Below are positions 22,951 through 37,170 of a DNA stretch of 64,000 bases, one piece after another (position 1 is the stretch's first letter; each line of letters opens with the position of its first letter). This DNA comes from Paraphysomonas bandaiensis (taxonomy: Eukaryota > Protista > Chrysophyceae), in assembly GCA_965644295.1 (NCBI GenBank), contig CBFFRP010000219.1, positions 124,001-188,000 on the forward strand. The letters are read 5' to 3'. The position numbers were made by a program, and so were the translations under genes. The notes beneath the pieces were generated by a model. That model searched no databases, had not been told where the DNA came from, and worked only from the letters and a program-made list of their open reading frames with translations.

Positions 22951-23430
22951 TATCACACTGCAGACTCTAATACTGCTGAAGGAATAGAACGTCCACCGTG
23001 GTAAATGGAATGGAATATTGTTGAGTCGTTCGAGGGCTGCTGTGGATGTCCAGTGCAGCTGTTTGTATAGAGACCGTGTTCTCTGTGCTGGCTCCTTCAC
23101 TACCGGTGCAGCCGTATACATATCCGGATATACTGTACATGTACCGTGGAGGTATACTGCTGCTGTACACTCTCTTTCGTTGTATTCTATCATAGTATTC
23201 CATTGTACTACGGAAGTATAGAGATGAGTCTGCTCTTTTCAGTTTTTAGCAACTAGACGTATAAAACCCCCACTATTTGACAGCGATAACTTTGAATGCT
23301 GTTGGTGAGCAAGAAGTAGATGAAAGTTGTTGCAAGTTACTATTGCAACATACCTCGTCCAAGAGGTGCAGTATCACTTGTGTGATATGTTGGACTCAAC
23401 AGTTCATGACTAGCAGTAGATTAACAGGTA

Positions 23431-24345
23431 ATGCTGTTTTCGAGTAAATCAAGGAGCACTCGACCGCGCTCACCTTTCAAACGTGGAACCCTCCTTCTAA
23501 TCTTTGTATTGATTGTTACCGTGTATGTTATCATTGGATATGAGCAATCCACCGATAAAATACGTTTGAGGGGGCCTCAGAGAGAGTTTCCTGTATTTGA
23601 TACCCCAGCTACTGCCAAGAAGTACAACCATGCAGTTATTGTAGCGGGACATGCTGTAATGAAACCAAACGAAATGGCCACATCCGCTGTCAATGAGGAT
23701 GCCTGGAACCTTTTGGACTACCAACGTGGGCAGGGTTTCCCTCAGATTATTTCTTCTCATATAGAAGCAGGGGTGCGTGTGGCCAGAGCCGACTCAAAAG
23801 CAGTGCTCATATTTTCAGGTGGTCAAACAAGGCGGGATGCTGGACCTACTAGTGAAGCGGCTTCTTACTTTTATCTTGCACAACAACTTGGTATGCTTTC
23901 TAGTGAGCACAGTATTGAAGTTGCACTCGAGGAATTTGCGCGAGACTCTTTTGAGAATGTTTTGTTTTCAATATGTCGTTTCCACGAGGTCACCGGGGAA
24001 TACCCAGATAAAATTACAGTAGTTGGTTTCGACTTTAAGCGTAGGCGGTTTGTTGATATAATTCGATCCGCGATAGAATTTCCATTAGAGAGTTTTGAAT
24101 ATGTAGGGGTTAGACCAGAAGGGGTAGGTTTTAACTACGACCGCGCAGTCAAAGGGGAGGCTGATGTTTATGAGGAACTCGAAAACGATATGTACGGGTG
24201 CAATAACCCTGCACTCCGGGATAAACGTCACAAGCGTGATCCCTTTAAACGGACTATTCCGTATGAGCTGTCATGTACAGAGCTAGTTGGTATATTAAGG
24301 TGGTGCGGACCAACGGCATACACCGGAAACTTGCCATGGAAATGA
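23431..24345 (+). CDS. DUF218/YdcF-like protein (yeast YOR238W-like) with an N-terminal membrane anchor; intronless
   Basis: AVIVAGH, LIFSGGQT, SEAASY, EEFARDSFENVLFSICRF, ITVVGFDFKRRRF, RDPFKRTIPY; hydrophobic LLLIFVLIVTVYVIIG. Confidence 0.82.
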   Translation: MLFSSKSRSTRPRSPFKRGTLLLIFVLIVTVYVIIGYEQSTDKIRLRGPQREFPVFDTPATAKKYNHAVIVAGHAVMKPNEMATSAVNEDAWNLLDYQRGQGFPQIISSHIEAGVRVARADSKAVLIFSGGQTRRDAGPTSEAASYFYLAQQLGMLSSEHSIEVALEEFARDSFENVLFSICRFHEVTGEYPDKITVVGFDFKRRRFVDIIRSAIEFPLESFEYVGVRPEGVGFNYDRAVKGEADVYEELENDMYGCNNPALRDKRHKRDPFKRTIPYELSCTELVGILRWCGPTAYTGNLPWK

Positions 24346-25075
24346 TCTCGAAATAGAAATGATCTCGAAAGTATAGTTATAGCAAGTCACTGTTACATGT
24401 TCAATTGTAAAGATTAATCGATAGATAATAAAGTTAGTAGGTTGGTATACGATAATCTGATACTATCACTTTTTGGTATCAACAATCACTATAAGCATAC
24501 AATGTGCATTAGTCGGTGTTGCCCGCATAGGTAGCAAGGTAGAGCACGATTCAAAATGCCAAAATTAGGCTGGCTTTATTCTAAGAAAAATTCAATTAGG
24601 GTCTACCATTTATAGTAACATATAACATAGTAACCTATCTCTAGTCTAAAGTTAAATACCAAAAAGAAAAACAGTCAAAACTAACTTATTGTGGTTAGTA
24701 TTGTCATTATTTTTAGAAGGTATTATCAGTATATAATATGGCATTCCCAAAAAGCGAATATTCAACATTGACTATCAAGCAATACCTACATTTTTCAAAA
24801 ACTGTCATACGGCGGACAACTTAACACTCTGAAATTCAGCTTTTAGTATAGTTATAAATAGGGAACGTTATGTTAGACTCTATCAGTAAAGTGTGTAACC
24901 GCTAGCCACTTCACACACTTTGGGCAGAAAAGTAATCCTTACACGGCCTATATATGAAGAAATACACGCTATGATATGAATAATAACAAAGCATAATAAT
25001 ACTTCAATATTACTAATCTGAGAAGTGTCCTATTCCTCAGACAATACATACAAGACACCTATTTGCTATAATATA

Positions 25076-26531
25076 TTAAGCCTTATCATCAACATCTATG
25101 GCACCATATGAACTCCTAGTTTTTGGTGCAATACTATCCAGAAATTTTGTGAAACTGCTACTAATAGCAGTAAAGTGATGATTGGATATTTCACTGTTAG
25201 ACCGTTCTCTGTGCACACGATGCTGTGGAATTTGTATTGGACCCGCTGATGACTCAGAGTGTGATACGCTCAATGACCGAGGCCTCACTGGAACTACATG
25301 CGCAGGAAAATGAATTGTACGACAAGGGGACCCTGTTGTTGGTAATAAAGGAATGAGCGCTGCTCCATCCTCTGACTCTCTTTCTTTCTCTTCCACGGGG
25401 GTAGAATATATAAGTGTACCTATTTAAAATTTTCATGTGATGTGGTATCAAAAAATGTCGTGGCGTGTTGCCAACGCGCATTGATAGATATGACAGCATA
25501 CACAGGAATGGTGTATTATTGCTACCTGTCAGCATTAGAGCGCAACCAAACAATTCTCGAGGTGTCAGTAATTCCCCAAGTAAAACATATCCCAGCAAGC
25601 ATGTGGCCACACCTTCAAGACCGAAAAGCAAGCTAGCTCTGTGGGGAGGTATATACATCTGTCCAATGGTACCAAGTGTAAATCCAAACCCTTCGGTGAT
25701 CCCAACGCACACCACCATCGGCCAGCCCACCTGAGTTTACGAATTACATAAATAGAGCATGTGTCACGGTGGCTACGTTAATATTTCAACACCCACCTGC
25801 AACGCAATCAACGGCCACTGCCACATTTCCGGCTCCATGATCAGTGACACAATTATATTCATGACTGCACATGTGGTTAGTTCCACGATGGTCAGATCGA
25901 CACAATCTACTCTCTTTGCCCCCGCATCGGCTGCTAGAATACTTAGACAACAGCAGAGCATAGCCAACACCAACAATATCTCTCCCGTTCCATCTCCTGA
26001 AGATACAGTCCCAGAGAGAAAGTATGTCCCAATTCCACTAACAAATACAGCTATCCAAGTAATAGGTGTAATAGAACTGTTATAGCAAGGCAACAGTGCT
26101 TCGGCAAATGGGGTGACGACTACAAACAGGCCATTGATGAAAGCAGCCTTTCCTGCAGTCACTGTTCGGAGACCATACTGTTGAAAAGCTGAAAGGGAAA
26201 AATTAAGGACACCTAGTACTACGCCCCATATATAAAGGTCGAATGCGTAATTACTAACTGTGCAAGGTAGCAAGGATTTAATTCTCACAAGCAGTGCGTT
26301 GCTCTCTTCAGTAGAATCTTGTGTATCAGTATGCAGTGTGGATTGTATTCTCCTTCTAATAGAAAACACAACGACAACAGACACAATATATCGCCATGCA
26401 TTGTAAGTCAGTGGTCCAGCATCATCATCTGTGGCTCGTCTTTGGCCAACAAAAGACAAACCGAACAGAATAGTGGCAAGTACAACCTGCATCTCGCACA
26501 CAAATTCTCTGGACAGATTAGCACAATTCAT
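25076..26531 (-). CDS. EamA/DMT-family transporter, multi-exon, with a Ser-rich C-terminal tail
   Basis: ILFGLSFVGQ, GPLTYNAWRY, QQYGLRTVTAGKAAFINGLFVVVTP, GQMYIPPHRASLLFGLE, LGELLTPRELFGCALML. Start codon uncertain. Confidence 0.88.
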
Positions 26532-26956
26532 ATTACAATAACACCTGAGTCAAGTTAAGGATCATGGGGTTAAGAAGAGATGAGATTGTGGAGAATGCAT
26601 GCGACAAATGAACAGAGGAGGACATGTATGTATCCGGCCCTTTTGTCCATTCACTCTCTTTATTGGGGGAAAGCGCGTCTTCATGTTTGCACAACGGTGT
26701 ACACAGCAATACAGTGCTTTTTGTGTGTATTGATTGAGGAAAAGCAGCACACTGCTCAAATACCAGTGATTTTCCTATAAATATGGGTTTTCATACCACA
26801 CATCTATAAAGTCACGATCTGGTGAACGACACATTGCCGTCTAATGCGTGATGATAGGCTGGGATCGATCAGACACGGTGAGTATTCCAGTCGCATATAT
26901 ATCAATTACATTAAGGTCAAGCGTGAGTGTTCTTTCCTGTCTAATAATCCAACATT

Positions 26957-29900
26957 ATGGACGAAGCGACCTACAATCAAGTCATCGCGGCTCTGTCGAT
27001 TATTCAAGACTCGAAATCTGAAAATTCGTCTCGTCAGGAGTGCACAGCGGTAACAACTCACTGATGCTCTCTGTGCACCTCATTAGCCGCTCATGTAATA
27101 CATTGTAGTGGTTGGAAGAGTTTATAACCAGATCGGATTGTGTGGAATATCTCTACTATATATTAACCACACAGCATCCAGGTAACCCGCGCTGTTGAGT
27201 TCTTCACATCTTACTGAATGCTCCGTAACTATAGCGCACACTCCGACAGCCCAATTCTTATGCTTGAAACTTATTGAGGACTGGGTTATTAATAGATGGA
27301 ACAGCATAGGGATTGATGAAAGAGTTCGTATCCGAGTATCTGTTCTCGAATTACTCGATAATATTCCGATATATGACAATAGTTCACCAGTCCGAACACG
27401 GTATACTAACTTGTCAAGGATATTTCGTTGAAATAATATACTATACGTAATAGGTTGGCTAAAATAATCGTAGAGATAGCAGAACGAGAGTATCCACAAC
27501 AGTGGCCGTCATTTCTTGATGATATTGTTTCTCAGCACTGGTCCCAAGACCACGTCTCTAAGTCGAAGGTAAGTACTTGCCCTTATGCGCAGATATACAA
27601 ATTTATTGATGTTGGAGGTGTGTATGATGGTATTTGAGTTTCTGGCCGAGGACTGCGTGGATCCAGACTTCAATTCGTCACTTCCTTCCAAGCGTAGAGA
27701 CGAAATTATTACTGGACTTCAAGGGGGGATGCATGACCTTCTTGTTTTCGCGTTCACGTGGTTGTGTAAAGTGGTACAAGCTCCACCTTCTGGTGGAGGG
27801 CAAAGTAAGTAATTTAGTAACGGTTTCTTAGTCTGAAAAGGAAATGCAGATACAGTAGAGACCCTGATAGCACCAGCACTCCAAATGCTTTCGAAGCTCG
27901 TGCTGATTGCTAAACCTGACTTGCTATGTGAGGAACCACACGACTTTACGCAGGCAAAGCAGATGATATGACTTTTAATCTATCTATGCATAGTAACAGT
28001 ACCATATTCAGATTGCAGTACATTTATTATCTCCGGTTCCGAGTGTGTGTGCGGACGAGATACAACAAGCCGCCGCTGCCTTCTTACACAAGTAAGAATC
28101 GAGTTTCAGCACTCATAGTACTCTGTATGCTGATTATAGTGCAACATTTTTGGTGTACTAATGCAGGTTATGTCATATGAAAACTTCCCCTGAACTCTTT
28201 TGGTCTCTTCTTCGGTCAATTCCTCCTGCTGTCTCTCGCCTTCCAACCCTCGACCACGACACCATGTCCGCACCTGAGACAATGCAGGTGCCCCTACCTT
28301 AGTTTTTGTATGGTCTTGATCCATTGTTTCCGTGCTTGTACATAGTGTGGCGAACTGTATTATCATCGTGGTTTGAATGAGATATGAATAACTGTTGTTT
28401 TGTAGGTGTATCGATGCATGGGAGAAGCTTTCTCGAACCTCCTGTCGGGCCATGTTGACACAATTGTGGAGGTGTTCAAAGCTGTGCAGGAGTTCAATAG
28501 AATGCGCAAAAAGGTGAATATATATGCTATTATGTTGTCGTTTGTTTGTTAGTGTGCTTTATGTGCGTATGTCATTGGATTGGAAGATCGGTAACGTTCG
28601 TACAGCACATATCAGGTGCAATGCGTCAGAAGCACCAAGATGATGAACAGCACATGAATGAAGTGTCAGAATACATCAAGATGTTGGCCGATTTTAGTGC
28701 TCATCCGTCTAGAAGATTGGCCGCAGTTATGTCTAAAGATTGGCTAAGGGTAGGTATATCTTACATGCATGTGATTATGTCAGAGTGTATTAGTGTATGC
28801 AAACATTCTTGCAGTACGTTACGTCGTTGTGATGTTAGTGACGTGTTAGGTACTTAAAGAACCTGAGATGGCCCGAGCTGACTGGTTCCAACCTCTGTGT
28901 ACCCACATTTTATCAAGTAAGATGTTCTTTTCATTACAGTGCTGCCTTCTTTTGGCAGTAATTGTCACACGGGCACGTTGTGTATATTTTAACTTGGAGA
29001 GTTTATTTTAAGAATACACATTCGTGATGAAATTCTATATACTTTCAGTGCTTGCAACGTCTAGTAATCTGAATTTTGTACCGCAGTTAATTTCCCAAAA
29101 TCTATGAAAGCCCAGTGGGGTGATGGTACCGATACTTGTTCTGGAGAGGCACTAGATGACTTTGTAGCTGCTGAGTTTATGGATTATGACGAGTACATAG
29201 AGTTTCATGGGCAGTTTAGGTATGTTTAGTATGCTTACATTTACCCGCGCAGTTATGTTGAGACTTTTCACTGACGTTTGTGTGAATAAAATACTAATCT
29301 GTGAGTAGGTGGTATTTCAACGCACTTTGCCAAGCCGTGTCAACTGCCTCGCCACATACCGCTGCTACTCTATTTCGACAGAAGGCTGAGGAATTGATAG
29401 GGGTCAGTAGCTATCCTTATTAATTCGATGTGCGCTATCTATGAAAATGAAACCACGACCTGCAGACGTAGATTGAAATTGAATTGTGTTTTCGATACCC
29501 GTGGCCTAATTCTTTCGTTATAGGGAGACGTTTCACAAATGCCGTGCACTTTTTCCGAAGAGGAGAAGCGCATGATGACTACGTATGTGTTGAAGTGGGA
29601 AGGTGAGTTGAGTATCGACACTATATCTGTGGAATTATGCACTACCTCACTCGCTTTGAGGTGTATATACCACAAAATCGCGATATTTTTATGCTTCAAA
29701 CGTTCAAGTAAATGTGTAATCGCCTCCTCTCTATATTGCTACAGCTTTTGTTTCCTTTGTGGAAAACATTTTAGTGGGTATGCCAACGGCTTGCTTCCCT
29801 GGACAGAAGCCTGACCCTAACCAGCCGGACCTTGGAGATATATTCCCAAGTTTGGTCACAACGGCTGATATGATTCTGAACTGGTGTCCAAGTGATGGGT

Positions 29901-32900
29901 CTTTGCTGCTCAATTGCGTTAGAGCTATTCAGGTATGTCCTACTGAGGCTTGTGATATGTTTCTCAGTGTATATTAGAACTTGAATCCGATACTAAAGCA
30001 CTCAACCGACCTCTTGGGACGCGCTTATGGTCGCCTATTCGACAGTATGAACTTCTCTGGTTTGAGTTACGGCGACACAGCACCTGCATCTCGAGCCGGA
30101 GGTTTGGAAACAGAAAATCTTACGGATATTGCTCTCCAGGTACCGTTGGAATGGCTGCCGCTCCATTAGGATGAGGATTTTAAAGTGGATGTCTTTGTAG
30201 GTGCGCCGCCGGGCGGGTAGTGCGATATCGGTAATATCGTTTGAGTGCTCGGATATAATTATTTCATCGGGAATGCTCGGAACGCTGTGCACAACTGTCC
30301 AAAGTATGTCTTTGTCATTTCTAGCGCTGCTCTTCCGGTTCTTCACGAAATTATTTTATTAATTTGTTGTCTGGTAGGTATGATGCAAACAGGTCGCTTG
30401 ATTCCATCTCAATACTCCAGCATGCTTGAGGCACTTGTATCGGTCAGTGAAAAGGTGATACTTTGTGTCATTATCTGTACATTCTGGTTCTTAATTCAAC
30501 TGATACTAGATACCGGATATGGCCGAGAGACAACAACTACTTTACGATATTCTTGGAGATACGGTGACCCAATTTGCTTTGCACTTGAAAAAATGGCTGT
30601 AACCTTGCACACTGTCAGATATCCTCCCTCCAGTCAGATACTGTGAATTCTATATTTTCTTCTTCCAAGGTGCGGGTAATATTCATTCCGTATATTGCTT
30701 TGATGTATAGTGCTACATGCAGAATCTTCTCGATGCGTGTCCCGACTTCGTATCTCAACGTGCTGAGTCGTTATTTGGTACGCATTGTACTCTGTTGTGC
30801 TCAGTGCCAATAAAATAGAAGGGTATATGCTCATTTCAGCCGTAACTATTTAGGAAAAGCTGTATCGGCATTGTCTACCGTGATAAACATCTCTCGACGT
30901 TCACCATATGTTACGCTTCCCAATGAGGTTGGACGGTGTAGCATTTCTATGTCGTAATTGGTATGAAACACTTTTGCAGGTATGGGTGAGAGGGGATTGC
31001 TACTCCCTAGATGACCTCTCTCGGTTGACGCCATTTTGCGCCGTGTGGACAGCGATCTTGCCTACTGTTATTACCGCAATACATTCGCTACATAAGTAAG
31101 TGGTTTGTGTTCACGAATGAATAGTTTTGAAGTATATATATTCTATTGTTGTGTAGTATGTGGAGCCCCAAGTTCAGGACTGATCTGTGCGCTTTGAGCG
31201 AAGAAGGAAGGGATGTGTTCAGAGAACCAGAGTCGGAGTTACTTGGTCTCATTGGTACGAAAGCTGGTCTCGATACATCATTCAAGCAGGGGCCACATCC
31301 TGTTACCTGGAGAAGCGTTCTGAATGATCTGAGATTGCAGTTGTATCAACTCATCGGTAAGATTTTTTGACAATAGATAGGAATATCGTAATTGTGCTGT
31401 AGGACAAGCTTGTATTCACAAAGTTTTCTATGCGACTCCGTACGAGTTTCTGGGTATGTTCAACAACAGTATCGAGGATCTAATGACTGGAATGGAAAAT
31501 AGGCATGAATATCTTCACAACCTGTCTGTACGTAAATGATGTCTATGTTTTTGTTCGCAGACATCTCAGCATGCTATTCAAGTATGTGTTGGAGCCAATG
31601 GTTCTGAATTGCCCACCGGCATGTGGCCCCCAGGTATATTTGGTACAGTTCTTGATATTTAGTAACGGTGGTTCGTTGATCCAGGTGTCCCTAATGCTAG
31701 CACAAGCTCTAAAGGGTGGTACAGAGCGCTTAGGGTTCATATGGTCTCCTAATGATGCGGATCCAGCCTCCAGATGGAGTCCATATTCTCAATGGAACTC
31801 GAGCATGGAAAATTTTTGCCATTTTGTGTACTGGCAGTGCAGTCTTTCCGTCGAACGTGACCTGTGTAATGTATGATTTTTGCTTTATATTTGTCATGAA
31901 ACTAATAAGCTGCCTAGATTCCTCAGTCTGGTGTCATGCTTGATGTAGTCCGCGAAAAGATATCCTTTGACATATCACGGTCTATATCTGATGTTATAGG
32001 TGAGCATAAGACGATTTCTGATAAAGTTACGAAATGTCGCTTATTCCACGATAGGGTCATGCTGTTTATGCCGCGGGTTCTTGGCTATTCAGCCGGGAGA
32101 AATTCAATCCAAAGCGAAGGGTTCAGGAGGAAACGGAATGGCATCGAATTATGAATCAGACTCTGGAGATGAAAAACATGTAATGTTGATCTGCTCGTAA
32201 GTTCTGAAAACTCACTCGTACATTAAACTATCTAGGCGCAGCTGTCAATTCGACGTGCAGCATTGCGAAGAGTTGTATTTGGGTCCCCGTTAAGTTCATG
32301 GGATAACTCCTGTATTAGCGATTCACCATTGACGGAGTCGTTCCTGTCAACAGTGCTGATGATGGTTCAGATACCCCACTCAGTAATATGTCAGAAAGCT
32401 ATAACGGTGGGGTTATTGTGGACACATTGTTGCTCATTTTTGCATATATTGATGTGTTAACATTTAACATATGATATATATTACTATTCAGGCCTGTCAC
32501 TACATATTACAACTGGCTCTGGATGAGGGATATTCAAATTTTGTACCATTTATTTCTAAGGAAGTGTATGGCCATGCTCTACTAGTTGTTGTTCGTCAGG
32601 TACGTCTACTTCCCACAGCCGTATTGAGAGTGGCAGTATGTAACATCTCAGTTACATTTTGTAGGAGAAATGGACCAATGACAACTTGTTGTGGGATATA
32701 ATTAGTCTGTTAGAAGAGTCCTACACGGCCCTGGTGCTTGGTGTACATCCCACACAGCTACATGCGGATAACGGAGATGGAGGTACGAAGTTCACCATTC
32801 GGTCTGACTATCCCCGGCAGGTACTTTTCGGCTGTCAGTATAGTAGTTGTGTGGTGGTCACATCTTTTATCTTTGCTAGATTCTTTTGTCTCCTGAGTTA

Positions 32901-33248
32901 GGCATTCCTCAAGAAAATATTCAATCATTAGAAGCGCAAATTCTTGAGGCAAAGGTATTAATATGTACTTGTCGTGACGCATTTGGTGATAGCAAGAATG
33001 TTTAGGGGAAAAAGAAACGCCGAGATGTGTTTAAAGACTTTATTAAGTGGATTAGCGGGAAAAACTCAGGACAGAAGTCGTCGCGCAAAATGGTACTCGA
33101 TATCCCAGGCTCGTTGCAAAGGTCAGATACGGGAATGTTGTAGACGATTCTATATGACGTAATTCGTTTAATTTGCATTTACTATAGGACTTCCAAGTCA
33201 ACTACAGATTCTATAACTGCAGATTTAAGATCGTTTTTTGATATATAG
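26957..33248 (+). CDS. Exportin-5-like karyopherin (importin-beta family), highly intron-rich
   Basis: MDEATYNQVIAALSII; LKLIEDWVINRWN; LAKIIVEIAEREYPQQWPSFL (Xpo1 domain); FLAED; RRDEIITGL; HPSRRLA; C-terminal KKKRRDVFKDFIKWI and RSFFDI*. Many ~50-nt introns. Confidence 0.8.
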
Positions 33249-34780
33249 CAGTTTGCAGTTCACTTATTTGCTTGACACTATGTATTTAACTAAAACATGC
33301 AGTGATCTTGTTAATTTTTATGTAGCTTACCTTTCTTGTTAATTTTTATGAGATCATGGTGTTGATATTTGCCATTGTGACGTATCCTTGTAGGCAATGT
33401 TAACGTAAACTATGCACCCAGTAGCTGCAACTATTTAATAAACACATAGTATGATACTTTCGGGTGTAAACTCTGAGAAATGTGAAAGGGGTAGGTGGTA
33501 AGTTGTATGTTCCATACCATCACCTTGGACAGAATGTTTACTGGTTGGTATATCAGATCAGATACATATTAAAAGCAGGCTAGTTGTTATGATGGTTGGA
33601 ATGTTAGTTTCCCTACCAAGGCCGAGTCCAACATGATACCCCACTCTATCATGTACCCATGATGTTATAATTTATCATATATATCATGAGGTGAGAGCAC
33701 AGTCACAACTTTAGTGCGATTACTAGAAAGATGTAGTGGGTACTCAATTTAAAGAATCTACTGATCACGGAGTAGTCTAGGAATGGTCTATTGAAATATT
33801 CACATAGCCCCCGAAACGTAAACTCTATTCTGTGAAATATGTTTCGGCAAATATGAGGAAAATATAGGCAGTGTCCCAGTTCCTGCTATACTATATTTTC
33901 CTTTATACACAGTACGCAGTTATCTCAGCTGTATTCTTCTATTTATATAAATAGCTCGTTCTTGTTGTCGTTGTGGATCCCTTAATTAACATTATCGCTC
34001 GAAAATTCTTATCGTCAGCACGAAGACGAAAAAGAATTCGTTCTGCATTTGTTTCTGTCTCAGTTGCAATAATACCGCTACTGTATTAATACTAATGCCG
34101 CTGTCATATCAATGTGTATCAGCTTTACTCTAATTAGCACTTGTACGTGATTCATAGTTGCTCCTGGAGGAAGCTCTCAGTTCCGGTCCGATATACGGGT
34201 GAATACTGTGTCTATATGAGAGATAGAAAGCGTTTGAAGCAGATCAAAAATACAATAATAAGAATAAATGCGTCTAAGCAGTGAAGACTGACTGTACCTG
34301 GCTCACTGTTGGTGTCTGTATTAAGTGGACTGTCATGTCCTCTTCTCTGTATACCGGTATACCGTATATTTCATAGATAGGGATTTTCAGTTTGAGGTTT
34401 TTTTCCCACCCATATTCATGTACTGCACAGCAGTGTATATCTAGATATCCGGATATTCAGCACAGATATCCACAGCTGCGGACAAGCAAAGAAGTTTAGA
34501 ACAGAATCAATACAATGTTCGTAGTCAACACTTCAACGAAGTATTACCCCTTTACCCAATGACATCGCGTACATAACTAATACGATTTATTTATTTGACG
34601 AAGCGATTGTTCTTTTGTTTGTTGAGTTTACTTCATGTGAATAAACAGATCTAGAGATTATGTATATGTATACACATACACATACATGCCACCATATATC
34701 TAGTTATGATATAGCGTCCACAGCGATATCTTATACGATACTGATCGACCAGCACCAGCAGCTGCGAGGATATATTAACG

Positions 34781-35585
34781 ATGCCACCTCATGGGCCTGG
34801 TATGTTAACGATGTTGTGAGATGTCACATGTAACTGTCTATTGCAGGGATGACAGGAGCCACTCACTCTCATGATCCAGGTAACTTATACATATGGTTAT
34901 ACACCTATCAAGCTATCTAGTATATGGAAAGCGTATTATATCTTCTGTAATGTATAGAATATCCTGATGATGAGTGGAACCTTTACACTCAGCTGGATCC
35001 AGAGGGAACCACTGCACTTAATTGTACTCATCCCTCCGATGCTCTTGGAATATTTAAGGTGAGATCTGGGCCCCATTAGGTTCCTATGCCTGATATGTTC
35101 TGTAGCCGAGTGCGTTAAAACACGATCCTAATCCGACACTCTTCAGTGATACAGACGAGGAGTTAATGGTAATCGCTAAATTTGTGTCACCAGTGCATGT
35201 AAGAAAGATATGTGTAATCGGCGGCGGGTCCAATCAAATGCAGCACCCAAGTGTATTGAAGTGTTTCGTCAATCACGATGAAATAGACTTCACATCTGTT
35301 CAGGAAATGACACCCGCTCAGCAGTTTGATTTAGCTATCAACACAGATGGATCAGTTGAGCTAATTACGGCTATACACCCCTTCACCAATGTTATGTCGC
35401 TTGCATTCTTTTTCTCCTCTAATCATGGAGACGAGCACACAGCTGTTAAGTACATAGGCATGCAAGGGGAGCACACACACTTTAGGAGAGAAGCAGTAAA
35501 CACAACATATGAGGTGCTACGAACTGGAGAGGATGTGGAGCAGCAAACCAGCCCACTAGAAGGAGCCGCGGGGTACTTGCGTTAA
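34781..35585 (+). CDS. PITH domain-containing protein (PITHD1-like), 4 exons
   Basis: Spliced MPPHGP|GMTGATHSHDP|EYPDDEWNLY...TALN...IFK|...SDTDEELMVIAKF...FVNHDEIDF...QQFDL...FTNV...NHGDEHT...YIGMQGE...AVNTTYE. Confidence 0.9.
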
Positions 35586-35866
35586 TATCCAGTATAGTAT
35601 GTATTAAGCCTTTGCATAAAGACTATATTTTTGGTTGTTATATGAGTTATGACAAAGCTATTCCATACCGTGATGTATTCCTATAAATATATACAAAACT
35701 ATGTACTATTCATTCTGAAAAGGTACTACCCAAAGGACTGTAGTAGAGTATTTCACCAGAATGTTATCTGTAGTGCATCCCTCAGGATGATTCTATACTG
35801 ATCAGGCCATGATCGGACACATGTGATTCTGCACTTTTGCATTAGTTAGTTAAATGTACTATTTGG

Positions 35867-36651
35867 CAGGGCTAGGAAACAATATATTGCAATACTATTG
35901 TTAGATAGCGTTCAATCAATACTATTGATGGAGATTTTAAACAGGCCCAACAATACAATTACAATATATTGCAATATATTGTCAATGTATTGCAATATAT
36001 TAGAATGACTAATCAGTAAGTAAACACATCAGTAGCTTCCATTTTTAGTGTTAGTCATTAAGATCACATGACAACCAAACCAACTACTGCTTATAGCTAA
36101 TAAAAATCCACCTCGTCCTCATCCTCTGAGCCATCATCGGTGACGTCAACATCACCATATTCATCCACAAAATTTTTTGAAATATGCTAGTATTCGGCCA
36201 CAACTGTCGAATCTCTTTCAGAAACAACAGCATATTAAGTAGGATGGATACTTTTCGAAACACTGATATTATATGTTTAGCTGCGCTGAACAGACGCTCC
36301 CATGTATTGGAAGTACATACCAGGGCCTGGTAACCGTTAATGACTCGTGGACCTGTACGCTTCTTAAGTTTTTGAGCTGACTGAAGATTTTTAGTCGCAT
36401 ACTCAACATCAGCTTCATCATCCTCTGTAATGTTGTAATCAATTTCTCGGTTATTTATATCCATTTTGCACCCTACAGTTGAGAATCATAATATATGACT
36501 ATCATAATATTGATTGCAATATATTGTGAGATACTTTAACAGAAACAATATTGATGGGATTTTTGGCCGGTCGACCAATCAATATATTTTACAATATATT
36601 GCAATATATTGTACAATGTATTGCAATTCAATATATTGTTTCCTAGCCCTG
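35867..36651 (-). mobile_element. Non-autonomous hAT DNA transposon (785 bp) with a transposase C-terminal relic
   Basis: Perfect 23-bp TIRs CAGGGCTAGGAAACAATATATTG. 8-bp TSD CTATTTGG (35859-35866, 36652-36659). Subterminal CAATATATTG repeats. ORF 36084-36464 contains TSNTWERLFSAAK...MLLFLK (hAT dimerisation domain). Confidence 0.95.
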
Positions 36652-37170
36652 CTATTTGGCACTCCTTCTGATACAACTACGCGGAAACTACACACATACA
36701 ATGTTTATTTCGTGACACGGAGAATGATCAAATTGACAAGTATGTATTGAACTATAACCAACTCCTACATGCGTACTTGAAGCTTGTTGAAGCCTATTTC
36801 TAGTACGTAGCTATCCTGTATTCTATGTAGTTCCAGTACACTGTATGTTGTGTACCTAGAGCAAAGAAAAAGAGATGGAGGACGGGCCTTGCTTTTATTA
36901 GCGTCAATAACATGTAGATCCCCTGGAACCTGGAAGTGTAATGGAAGATGTGTTATAAGGACACGTGATAAAGTAAAAAGTAAATCAGAGATGATGCGAA
37001 AGCTTAGCTATAAACGGCATGCGTTTCAAAAAGTGAACGAAACTACTTCAATACTTTAACAAAATCATTATAACAGCTTATCGAGTGGACGCAAAACGCA
37101 AAAATATAGCAATTTAGTACGCTCAAATTCACACAAATGTCACTTACACTCAATACGCAATACCCTAACA

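Noticed and set aside
24339-24370. Direct duplication GAAATGATCTCGAAA at the DUF218 stop codon
   Set aside because: A simple local tandem duplication with nothing inserted between the copies and no evidence of function.
33250-34780. Intergenic stretch with a short coding-like remnant (~33955-34080, - strand)
   Set aside because: Too short, with no family motif and no element boundaries found.
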